This document shows positions 1 to 8,655 of a stretch of 64,000 nucleotides of DNA, in pieces; the stretch's first letter is position 1, and each line of letters starts with the position of its first letter. The notes under the pieces are model-generated. The model ran no database searches, was not told the DNA's origin, and was given only the letters and a program-made list of their open reading frames with translations. The stretch is taken from positions 7,947-71,946 of the forward strand of contig PKDX01000026.1 of assembly GCA_002862745.1 (NCBI GenBank). The letters run 5' to 3'. The position numbers and the translations under genes were made by a program. Source of the stretch: Bacteroidota bacterium. GTDB taxonomy: Bacteria; Bacteroidota; Bacteroidia; Chitinophagales; UBA8649.

Positions 1-179
1 TTCCAAATGCTGTATGCGTGACTAATGGGTTGATTGACGGAGAGAAGATATCTGATTTCCACTTGGTTGACTATGACGCAATTTCAATGCTCAATGTTTC
101 TGCGACGCAGGAGTTGTATCGTATGATTCAAGAGCTTCAAGCTGAAATTGATCGCTTAAATACACTAATCAACGACTAA
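1..179 (+). CDS. 3' end of a protein with a peptidase S74-like intramolecular chaperone / coiled-coil C-terminus (partial)
   Basis: Frame 3 is open from the window edge to TAA 177-179: PNAVCVTNGLIDGEKISDFHLVDYDAISMLNVSATQELYRMIQELQAEIDRLNTLIND. This fits the P..V...VDY..I..L.V.A.QEL + coiled-coil ending of S74 chaperone domains. Confidence 0.65.
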   Translation, partial: PNAVCVTNGLIDGEKISDFHLVDYDAISMLNVSATQELYRMIQELQAEIDRLNTLIND

Positions 180-205
180 CGAGAGTTACTTAATTTTAAA
201 GGAAT

Positions 206-236
206 GCCCCTTCACGTGAAGGGGCTTTTATATTTT
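206..236 (+). terminator. Intrinsic terminator between convergent genes
   Basis: Perfect palindrome GCCCCTTCACGTGAAGGGGC (206-225) followed by TTTTATATTTT. Confidence 0.8.
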
Positions 237-249
237 ATGATAAGGCTAC

Positions 250-2661
250 TCAATCTTCCCAAGTAACTGAGACTTCTTTATCTAAGCCTTTAGAAGGTAT
301 GTCGATATATGGGAGGTCAAGCATATCATTCTTTCCATCGCCGTCTTTATAGAAGGGGTCAAAATTGGAGATGGGGAGAAGATGTTGCAGGTTTTCCCGC
401 TTGATTGATTGCGCTTTCCCATCGATCGTACAGCCTTGAACGCCAGCTTGTCCTTTTTTCCCATGCCAGTAAAGGCGAATGGTCTTAAAGGATAGGGAAT
501 GTCCATTGCTTTCTTTTGCCATACTTAAAGTATTTCCATAGAGCGAAAGGTTAAGCGATACGGACTTAGGGTGCTCAAGCTTTTCGTCATCATCATAGAC
601 TATAAGACTGCCCTTAATGTTATCGCCAAGGTAGATATGAAGCCTTAGGATGCCATCATGATCTTCACCGGTATGCGCTATATTGCTTTGCATAGGTAGG
701 ATTCCTCCTGCGCGCACAAAGACCGGTAACCGATGCAGTGGGCTTTCTATTAGATGCGCTTGCCCACCGGTATAGTGCTTATCCGAATAAAAATCAAACC
801 AATCACCCTTCGGTAGATAGACTTTAGAGATCGTCTGATCACTGGGTACAGGGCAGATAAGTAAATCATCGCCAAGCATAAATTGGGAGTCATAGGCCTG
901 AGACCACACCTCTTCTTCTTGGCCGTATTGCATACAAAGACTTCGCTGAATAGGCATTCCCTTCGTGTGCGCTTCGTAAAACAGCGAGTAGAGTAGTGGC
1001 ATGAGGCGATAACGCAGCTTGGCATAGTTGCGCGCAATCTCTGTCACTTCCTCACCATAAGTCCACGGTTCGGCGGAATTGGAATTAATCATTTTATGGC
1101 AACGGAAAAAAGGACTAAAGGCCGCAATAGAAAACCATCGCGCAAAGAGTTCCTTATCTCCTTCACCCATAAAGCCACCCACATCGTAGCCACTAAAGGG
1201 AAATCCACTCAGCCCAAGGCTGGTAATCATGCGGCTACCCATAAGCATGTGCTCGTTCGAAGCCACGTTATCTCCCGTCCACTTGGCAGCAAAGCGCTGT
1301 CCTCCCGCATAGGTCGCACGTGTTAGGATGAAAGGCCGTTCCCCGTTGCTTGCTTTACGAGCGCCCTCATAGGTTGCTCGGCTCATTTGCATGCCATAGA
1401 CATTGCGTCCTTCCTTATGGCTTGTGCCCTCGCCTTCCCAATCGAACTGCACGATGTTTGGGGTGTCTTGTCCCCAACTTGCCGGCTCATTCATATCATT
1501 CCAAAATCCGGCTACACCGTCTTGTGTTAACTGGGCGAATTGGCTAGCCCACCAACTTCGAGCCAATGGCTTGGTATAATCGGGGAAACTGCTCTTTCCA
1601 GGCCATACGTCAGCAGTCCATGGACTACCGTCGGGATAGGTGAGGTATACATTTCCCTCTTTTCCCTGTGTATGGATAGGGTAGTTGTCGTCCTCTTTGA
1701 TACCAGGATCCACAATGGTAACCGTATGAAATCCGAGGTCTTTGAGTTCTTGGTTTAGGCGTTTAGGATTAGGAAATCGATTCTTGTCCCAAGTAAACAC
1801 CTTGTATTCATCCATATAATGAATGTCGTAATACAGGACATCGCAGGGAATATCCTTTTCGCGGTAGGTCTGTGCCAGACGAATAAATTCGGTATCGGGA
1901 TAATAAGAGTAGCGGCATTGCTGTAGCCCTAGAGCCCATTTTGGAGGCATGGGAGTGGCTCCCGTCAGGTTCTTATACTCCGATAGAATAGCGGCAGGAC
2001 TGTCACCATGTATAAAGTAGTAGTCCATAAGTCCAGCTTCGGCAGAAAAGTAGGCGAAACGATGGTTTGACGCTCCAAAGTTAAATTTGCTTCGATGGGT
2101 ATTGTCAAAGAAAATGCCGTACCATAGTCCATTATTGCAACCCATATAAAAAGGAATCGTCGAATAGAGCTCGCGCGCACTTTCAGGATAACCGAGGTAG
2201 TCTGTATTCCAGTTGCTAAAGGCTGTTTGTCTTCGATTGAGGTGCCCTGTTTTTTCTCCAAGTCCTACAAAACGTTCCTCAGCATGAATCTTTTTATAAC
2301 AACCTACTTCTTCACCATTCCATAGGATACCAAAGTCATCCGCATTGATTACTCGATCGTCAAGCGTGGAGAAAGTGAGTCGACCATTGTCGATCTCCAT
2401 TTGAACCCTAAACTTCATCCCACTGATTTGGTAATGATTTCCCTGCTTTTCAAATGATAGCTCACCATGCATATCTTCGGATTGAATTACAGCATAGGGG
2501 TTGGCCTTGGAGGTCGGATTTTGCACTCGTTGTTGTCGAGCTGTAACACGTAGCACATAGTCACTATATCTTACGAGTTGGAGGTCTGCATGCTCACCTG
2601 AGGCCGTTATGCGCTGTTGATTTTCCTTTATTTCTTTAATGGTGCCTATTCCTTTCATCAT
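250..2661 (-). CDS. GH31 alpha-glucosidase, no evident signal peptide
   Basis: GLGEK, YYDIHYM, GFWNDMNEP (nucleophile), WTGDN (acid/base), YDVGGF and PFFRCH motifs. Confidence 0.93.
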   Translation of the reverse strand: MMKGIGTIKEIKENQQRITASGEHADLQLVRYSDYVLRVTARQQRVQNPTSKANPYAVIQSEDMHGELSFEKQGNHYQISGMKFRVQMEIDNGRLTFSTLDDRVINADDFGILWNGEEVGCYKKIHAEERFVGLGEKTGHLNRRQTAFSNWNTDYLGYPESARELYSTIPFYMGCNNGLWYGIFFDNTHRSKFNFGASNHRFAYFSAEAGLMDYYFIHGDSPAAILSEYKNLTGATPMPPKWALGLQQCRYSYYPDTEFIRLAQTYREKDIPCDVLYYDIHYMDEYKVFTWDKNRFPNPKRLNQELKDLGFHTVTIVDPGIKEDDNYPIHTQGKEGNVYLTYPDGSPWTADVWPGKSSFPDYTKPLARSWWASQFAQLTQDGVAGFWNDMNEPASWGQDTPNIVQFDWEGEGTSHKEGRNVYGMQMSRATYEGARKASNGERPFILTRATYAGGQRFAAKWTGDNVASNEHMLMGSRMITSLGLSGFPFSGYDVGGFMGEGDKELFARWFSIAAFSPFFRCHKMINSNSAEPWTYGEEVTEIARNYAKLRYRLMPLLYSLFYEAHTKGMPIQRSLCMQYGQEEEVWSQAYDSQFMLGDDLLICPVPSDQTISKVYLPKGDWFDFYSDKHYTGGQAHLIESPLHRLPVFVRAGGILPMQSNIAHTGEDHDGILRLHIYLGDNIKGSLIVYDDDEKLEHPKSVSLNLSLYGNTLSMAKESNGHSLSFKTIRLYWHGKKGQAGVQGCTIDGKAQSIKRENLQHLLPISNFDPFYKDGDGKNDMLDLPYIDIPSKGLDKEVSVTWED

Positions 2662-2719
2662 CTTGGTGCGTGATCTATACGTAAAATATGAGAAAACCCT
2701 ATATTTCCCGCGTTCTTTC

Positions 2720-2741
2720 TAGGAAAATAACTAATTTCCTA
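2720..2741. promoter_or_regulatory. Candidate operator (inverted repeat) in the GH31/susC divergent spacer
   Basis: TAGGAAA-N8-TTTCCTA, a perfect 7-bp inverted repeat. Confidence 0.35.
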
Positions 2742-2795
2742 ATTGAATCGAAATACGTCCTATGGCGTACAAAAAAAATACAAAACCACTTTACC

Positions 2796-5700
2796 ATGCC
2801 TAGAATTTATCTTTTAGGCGTTCTTCTCACATTGTTCACAGGTAGTCTTTTTGGACAGGGATCTATTTCAGGAGTTGTCGTGGATGAAAACGATGACCCG
2901 ACCTATGGCGCTGCTGTAAAAATTATTGAGTTAGAACGTTCTGCCCTTACTGATTTAGATGGTGTTTTCTTTTTTGATGACATCCCGGAAGGTCGATATC
3001 TAATTTCTATTGAGTCATTGGGATATGACAAGATCGTTCAGTCCGTCAATGTAGGCCCGGATGCTGCGGTTGCTATGGGAAGCATTTCCCTAATGGAAAA
3101 TATTGAGCTTACCGAAGAAATTGTCGTCGTAGGATATGGCGTCTCCAAGAAACGAGATATTGTTGGAGCGATTACCAAAATTGATGGCGATGACGCGAGC
3201 GATGCCTTAGGAAATAGTTTTGAGGCCAACCTTCAGGGAAAGGCCGCGGGGGTGCAAGTATTACAGTCGAGTGGTATTGCAGGGTCTGGAGCACGGATTC
3301 GGATTCGTGGAACGGGATCTATTACTTCGGGCGGTGATCCATTATATGTGGTTGACGGAATTCCAATTACCCAAGATCCCTTTATCAATGGATCAGAAGG
3401 AGGTCAAAACTATAATCCACTCTCGACGATTAACCCAAATGACATTGAATCCATTGAGATTCTCAAGGATGCTTCGGCGGCAGCTATCTATGGATCGCGA
3501 GGAGCTAACGGGGTAGTGCTAATCACCACAAAAAAGGGAAAGACAAAAAAGCCTAAATGGAATTATAATTCTAATCTGGGATTCTCAGGATTAGCAGTAG
3601 ATATTACGGATGACTACCTTACCACTTCGGAGTGGATTCAACTCAACCAAGAGGCTTGGGAAAATGATGGCAATGTAGGCCGTGCTCCACTACCTGGCGG
3701 AATGTCTTATGATGATTTGCCTGCCGAGGATTATGATTGGTTTGATGCCTTATTACGCAAAGGAATAAAGCAAGAGCACAACCTATCAGTGGCCTTTGGA
3801 AAAGAGAAACTCGATGTCTATGCCAGCTTTAACTACCTCAATACGGAAAGTTATCAGGTAGGTAACAATTTTGAGCGCCTTGCAGGCCGCCTAAATCTTG
3901 GCTATACTCCCATTAAATGGTTTAACGTAAACCTGCGTTCCTCTCTATCTCAAGGACTAAATAACAGAGTGTCTCAAGCATGGGATGGAGGTCTTGGAAC
4001 CGCGGAATCTACGCTCTTGCCATTCTATTCGGTAGACTCATTTCAGTATGCCACCGGTCAGCGTAACCCGCTCTTTAAGACAAACTACCTCGATTGGAAT
4101 ACGCTTGAACTTCGTACGATTAACAATTTAACCCTCGCTATTACTCCGGTCAAAAACTTACAGATAAAGGCCTTTGGTGGATTGGACTACATGGATCTTA
4201 GGGATAGCCGTCTAGAGGATTCCTTATGGACGCTAACCGATGTTTTTTCCAAGCTTGATCAGAAGAACATTACGAACTATATGGTCAATGGTACGGTAGA
4301 CTATCGCACCGACTTTTGGGAGAATCACACATTGTCTCTTCTAGGGGGGTGGGAGTATCAGCAGTCAACCACCGTAGGAGAGTTTACCGAGATAAAAAAT
4401 GCATTAGGGCATATCTACAATACCATGGAGGTATATGATTCACCGAATGCGGATACCACAGTTACGGAATACGATGATAACCAATGGCGTTTTACTTCCA
4501 GTCTCTTTCGTCTAAACTATAACTTCAAAGACAAGCTTATTGTCAATATGAATCACCGTATTGATGCGTCTTCAAAGTTTGGTAGGGATCGAAAGACAGG
4601 GCACTTCCCCGGGCTAGGACTCGCCTACATCATGTCAGAAGACTCATGGTTAGCTAACTCTGATAAGATCAGCTTTCTTAAGGTACGAGCCAGTGTAGGA
4701 CGTACGGGAAATGCCGACATTCCTTATGATGCTCAATTTGGGGGATATAGTCCAGGAAGTTCGTCGAATATTTATGCTGGTCAGCCGATTGTGTCTTATG
4801 CGAGCCTTCCCAACAGCCAGCTTGCCTGGGAGACGACTTGGACTACTGATGCTGGGATCGAGGTTGGATTCCTTCGTGATCGAATCACTGCCGAGTTAGG
4901 ATACTACAATAAGATTACCCGTGATGCCATTATTTTTGTTCGTATACCGACATCCACAGGACAGGCGGGATACTTTGATAATATCGCTCAAATTCGAAAC
5001 CGTGGGGTAGAGTTTATGATTACTTCGCGCAACCTTGTAGGTGATCGCTTTAGCTGGCGAACTGATCTAAATCTGACGCATAACCGCAATAAGGTGATTG
5101 ATGTTGGAACAGCCCAACCCGATGCATTGGCAGGAAGTGGTGATACCCGAGTTATCGAAGGAATGCCCATGGGAGTAAATTATCTCGTACGATTCTCGCA
5201 CGTTGATCCCGACAATGGATTGCCGGTATTCCTTGATGCCGACGGCAATGAGACCTATGAATGGTCAGAAGAAAATCGAGTACCTGTAGGAAATGTTCAG
5301 CCTAAAGTAGTTGGAGGATTGACTAATACCTTCACCATTGGTCAGAACCTGGAAATTGAAATCTTGGGAACCTTCACCATCGGAGGAAACATATATGATG
5401 ATGCGGCTAAACGTCAGTTGGGTGTATGGACCGAATGGAATATGCAACGCGATATCTTAAATCGATGGACGGGCCCAGGCGATGTGAATGCGATATATCC
5501 TCGCCTCACACGAAACTCTACAACCTATGGAGGCATGGGATCTGAGTGGTTCTACAATACCGATCAGTGGTTGTATGACGCGAGTTATTTCCGCTTGAAG
5601 AAATTGGCCATTAAATATTCTCTACCCAATAAGCTCTTTGCGAATAAATCATGGATTGCAGGCTGTGATGTCGGGTTTACGACCATCAACTTATTTACCA

Positions 5701-5837
5701 TTGCGGCCTACCGTCGCGATCCGGAAATTGTGCGTGACCTCGATGGTCCACAGGCTATGAACTTGAGCCCTAATGTGACCTACCTCACACCGCCTCAAGA
5801 GCGCACATTTAACTTTTCTGTAAACGTAAACTTCTAA
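2796..5837 (+). CDS. susC: SusC/RagA TonB-dependent transporter
   Basis: CarboxypepD-like N-terminus, VVVGYG, PLYVVDG, INPNDIESIEILKDASAAAIYGSRGANGVVLITTK plug signature and C-terminal F. Start moved to ATG 2796 (MPRIYLL...SLFG-Q signal peptide). Confidence 0.97.
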   Translation: MPRIYLLGVLLTLFTGSLFGQGSISGVVVDENDDPTYGAAVKIIELERSALTDLDGVFFFDDIPEGRYLISIESLGYDKIVQSVNVGPDAAVAMGSISLMENIELTEEIVVVGYGVSKKRDIVGAITKIDGDDASDALGNSFEANLQGKAAGVQVLQSSGIAGSGARIRIRGTGSITSGGDPLYVVDGIPITQDPFINGSEGGQNYNPLSTINPNDIESIEILKDASAAAIYGSRGANGVVLITTKKGKTKKPKWNYNSNLGFSGLAVDITDDYLTTSEWIQLNQEAWENDGNVGRAPLPGGMSYDDLPAEDYDWFDALLRKGIKQEHNLSVAFGKEKLDVYASFNYLNTESYQVGNNFERLAGRLNLGYTPIKWFNVNLRSSLSQGLNNRVSQAWDGGLGTAESTLLPFYSVDSFQYATGQRNPLFKTNYLDWNTLELRTINNLTLAITPVKNLQIKAFGGLDYMDLRDSRLEDSLWTLTDVFSKLDQKNITNYMVNGTVDYRTDFWENHTLSLLGGWEYQQSTTVGEFTEIKNALGHIYNTMEVYDSPNADTTVTEYDDNQWRFTSSLFRLNYNFKDKLIVNMNHRIDASSKFGRDRKTGHFPGLGLAYIMSEDSWLANSDKISFLKVRASVGRTGNADIPYDAQFGGYSPGSSSNIYAGQPIVSYASLPNSQLAWETTWTTDAGIEVGFLRDRITAELGYYNKITRDAIIFVRIPTSTGQAGYFDNIAQIRNRGVEFMITSRNLVGDRFSWRTDLNLTHNRNKVIDVGTAQPDALAGSGDTRVIEGMPMGVNYLVRFSHVDPDNGLPVFLDADGNETYEWSEENRVPVGNVQPKVVGGLTNTFTIGQNLEIEILGTFTIGGNIYDDAAKRQLGVWTEWNMQRDILNRWTGPGDVNAIYPRLTRNSTTYGGMGSEWFYNTDQWLYDASYFRLKKLAIKYSLPNKLFANKSWIAGCDVGFTTINLFTIAAYRRDPEIVRDLDGPQAMNLSPNVTYLTPPQERTFNFSVNVNF

Positions 5838-5840
5838 GCC

Positions 5841-7202
5841 ATGACAAAGTATTCTATTCTTTTTGTATCACTAGGTTTGTTGTTAGGGACGTCTTGCGAG
5901 AAGTTAGTCGAAACCGAGTCTCCTTATCTTGATCAGGATGCTTATTTCCAAAATGAAGCGGAAGTTTTAGCTTCTTTAAACGAGGGATATCGCATTCTGG
6001 CCTTTGGGGAGGTTATGGGTGGTAATACCTGGTTAGCGAGCGAGTTAATGGCCGATAACATTAATGGTTCTAATCTGTCGGGTGATTTCAAAGCCTACCA
6101 TACGCACAATACAGGAATTTTCATTGGCTTTACACGAGGTATCTGGCAGCAGAACTTTGCCGCTGTAGGTGAGATCAATCGCCTTCTTGCGGGAAAGGCC
6201 AATGCCAACCTTCCGCAGGCCTTAGACGATGAGGTCACAGGATCCGCTCTATTTGTGCGTGCCTTTGTGCATTTTGAAATGGTTCGCCTATTTGCTCAGC
6301 CTTATGGATATACTTCGGACAATAGCCATTTAGGTATACCCTACCGCGATGCATGGGGTGTGGATCCTCAACCTCGATTAACGGTCGATGAAGTATACAC
6401 TAAAATCATTGATGATTTAAATACAGCCATTGCCTTACTGCCGGAGCAAAGCACCATAAGTGCAGCACATGCCAATCGTTGGGCGGCAAAAGCCTTACTA
6501 GCCCAGGTATACTTCCAAATGAATGATTACTCCAATGCGCACAGCTTAGCGCAGGAGATTGTCGATATGGGGCCATATTACCTGGTTGATTCTATTGGAG
6601 GTCGATTTGATGAAATGATGACGACTGAAGATATCCTCGTTCAACCTGATGGCGGTGGATTTAACAGCGGAGCGAATTGGCAAGGTCATTACCGAAATGA
6701 TAATGGTACACCTACGATACGTATGTCAGAGTCAGTGTATGTAGAAGCTACAGCCAACACGCTTGATCTCCGCGGTCAGCAGTGGTTTACTGAAAGTGGT
6801 AATAACATCTTTTTAAACAAAGCCAATGGTTCGAATGACTTGTTTCATCCAGTGTTACACCTTACTGAAGTACTATTGATTAAAGCGGAATCCGCTGCAA
6901 TTCTTGGTTTAACGGCTGAAGCAGAAAACGATGTCAACCAAATTATAGTCCGTGCGGGTATGACCCCTGTCTCAGGGCTGTCAAACAGTGATTTAATCAG
7001 CCTTATTCGAAGTCAACGTCGATTAGAAATGGTAGGGGAGGGGAATCGCTTGCACGACTTGAAACGAATTGCAGTATCGGAAAACCAGAACCTATTCATT
7101 AATGGAGCGCCATGGGATTGTCCAGGTATGGTTGTACAGTTCCCCGATGATGAGTTAAACGGAAACCCTGGCATGCCAGCCAATGAAGAAGGCGGATGCT
7201 AA
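5841..7202 (+). CDS. susD: SusD/RagB glycan-binding lipoprotein
   Basis: Lipobox LGTSC; ALFVRAFVHFEMVRLF, AAKALLAQVYF, EVLLIKAE and RRLEMVGEGNRLHDLKR motifs; directly after susC. Confidence 0.95.
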   Translation: MTKYSILFVSLGLLLGTSCEKLVETESPYLDQDAYFQNEAEVLASLNEGYRILAFGEVMGGNTWLASELMADNINGSNLSGDFKAYHTHNTGIFIGFTRGIWQQNFAAVGEINRLLAGKANANLPQALDDEVTGSALFVRAFVHFEMVRLFAQPYGYTSDNSHLGIPYRDAWGVDPQPRLTVDEVYTKIIDDLNTAIALLPEQSTISAAHANRWAAKALLAQVYFQMNDYSNAHSLAQEIVDMGPYYLVDSIGGRFDEMMTTEDILVQPDGGGFNSGANWQGHYRNDNGTPTIRMSESVYVEATANTLDLRGQQWFTESGNNIFLNKANGSNDLFHPVLHLTEVLLIKAESAAILGLTAEAENDVNQIIVRAGMTPVSGLSNSDLISLIRSQRRLEMVGEGNRLHDLKRIAVSENQNLFINGAPWDCPGMVVQFPDDELNGNPGMPANEEGGC

Positions 7203-7212
7203 ACCTAAGCTT

Positions 7213-7713
7213 ATGAAGAAGATTTTTATACTCCCTATTGCCATCTTGATGCTCGCAATAACCGCCTGCCAAGATGATTTAGTTCTTGATAACGAGCCAT
7301 TGAAAACCGACGGTATCCAAGGGAATTGGGTGCTTTCCGTTGTCGAAATGCAAGATTATAAGGCCATTAATGTTTCCGATCGAAGACTTGATGTTTCTTA
7401 CGTATTTACTGAAGTAGCTCAACTCACTACGATGTCCTTTAATTCAGCGGACTTCACCTTTACCTATAATGAAGGAGATAATCCATCCTTTTTACCTGAA
7501 TCAGGAACTTGGCGTTTTGTCAACACAGCAAACAATGATTGGAGTGCGAACTATCCTGATGAATTACATCTCATTGCTGGTGGGGATACCACAGCGTTAG
7601 CTCTTGCTGGACCTGTGCGACCTCAAGATGAGTATCTCCAGTTTACCATTCGAAAAAATTGTCCAGAAGACAATCAAGGATATGGCTATTTATTCAAATT
7701 CGTACGTCAATAA
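7213..7713 (+). CDS. Small surface lipoprotein, lipocalin-like (possibly DUF5004)
   Basis: MKKIF...AITAC-QDD lipobox with acidic export signal; GNW and SGTW motifs. Start moved to ATG 7213. The DUF name is from recall. Confidence 0.65.
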   Translation: MKKIFILPIAILMLAITACQDDLVLDNEPLKTDGIQGNWVLSVVEMQDYKAINVSDRRLDVSYVFTEVAQLTTMSFNSADFTFTYNEGDNPSFLPESGTWRFVNTANNDWSANYPDELHLIAGGDTTALALAGPVRPQDEYLQFTIRKNCPEDNQGYGYLFKFVRQ

Positions 7714-7714
7714 T

Positions 7715-8617
7715 ATGCGCTTTATGAAACGATTATTACCATCAATTTTTGTGCTTCTCGGTGTATGTCTTAGCCCAGTTTATGGCCAAGTCTCGACCCT
7801 TCCTTCTTCGGTAGAAGATCCAACGCAACCCGTTACGATTACGGTAGATATTGCCGCTATGGACGGATCAATCGATCACGTTGCTGCGCTTCAAGCGGCT
7901 GTGTCGAGTGGTGAAGACCTTTACGTGTGGACTTGGAAGCCTGCGGAACATCCCGACGGACATCCCAATGTCAACGGCCTGGGAGCTCAACCCTGGAAGG
8001 ATTCCAATCCCAATCTGATTATGACTAACAATTTTGATGGTACATTCTCTTGGACCATCGTTCCTACAGATTTCTATGAAGTGTCAGCCTCCGACGTGTT
8101 TAACGAAGACATTCATTTTTTGGTGAAGCCTAAAGACGGCGGTGGATACGGCGATCCAGATATAAAGTCAGAGGACTTGCTCGTTCCCGTTGATCCACCG
8201 GCTCTACCTGTAACGAAGGTCCGATCATTCCCATCGATTGCTACAGGAGACTCTCTAGTACGTATTGGGTCAGATGATGTGTTCACCCTGATTTATGATA
8301 ACAACTATGAAGAAAAACCGTCAATGCAAGGGGTCAATGATCTTTGCGTCTATGTTGTAGCTACTTGGACGGATTATCTCGGCACTCAAAACACTACAGA
8401 ATACACGCCGATAACGCAAGTAGGCAACCAATCAGAATTGGCTATGCGTGATATGGGCCAAGGACTTTTTCAGTTTTCTTTTTGGCCAACACGTTTCTTC
8501 AACTTACCTGAAGGAAGTGTCGTGCGTCAACTTGAATTCAGGGTCTTACGTCAAAATGTAATCAACTCCAATGATGTCTCCGATGGAACCTTCATCTATA
8601 GACTCAGCTGTTTCTAA
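7715..8617 (+). CDS. Secreted protein with two tandem putative alpha-glucan-binding (CBM98-like) domains
   Basis: SPI-type signal ending VYG-Q. Two internal repeats align with the N-terminal domain of the downstream amylase. No catalytic motif, T9SS CTD or clear lipobox. Start is ATG 7715 or 7724. Confidence 0.6.
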   Translation: MRFMKRLLPSIFVLLGVCLSPVYGQVSTLPSSVEDPTQPVTITVDIAAMDGSIDHVAALQAAVSSGEDLYVWTWKPAEHPDGHPNVNGLGAQPWKDSNPNLIMTNNFDGTFSWTIVPTDFYEVSASDVFNEDIHFLVKPKDGGGYGDPDIKSEDLLVPVDPPALPVTKVRSFPSIATGDSLVRIGSDDVFTLIYDNNYEEKPSMQGVNDLCVYVVATWTDYLGTQNTTEYTPITQVGNQSELAMRDMGQGLFQFSFWPTRFFNLPEGSVVRQLEFRVLRQNVINSNDVSDGTFIYRLSCF

Positions 8618-8655
8618 TCAAAATAATTTTTCATTTAAACACCAAATCAAACACT

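Noticed and set aside
2688-2795. N-terminal extensions given by the ORF track (susC; also ORFs at 7183, 7604, 10400, 32703, 54247, 60866)
   Set aside because: Downstream ATGs restore proper signal peptides or conserved N-termini and remove overlaps.
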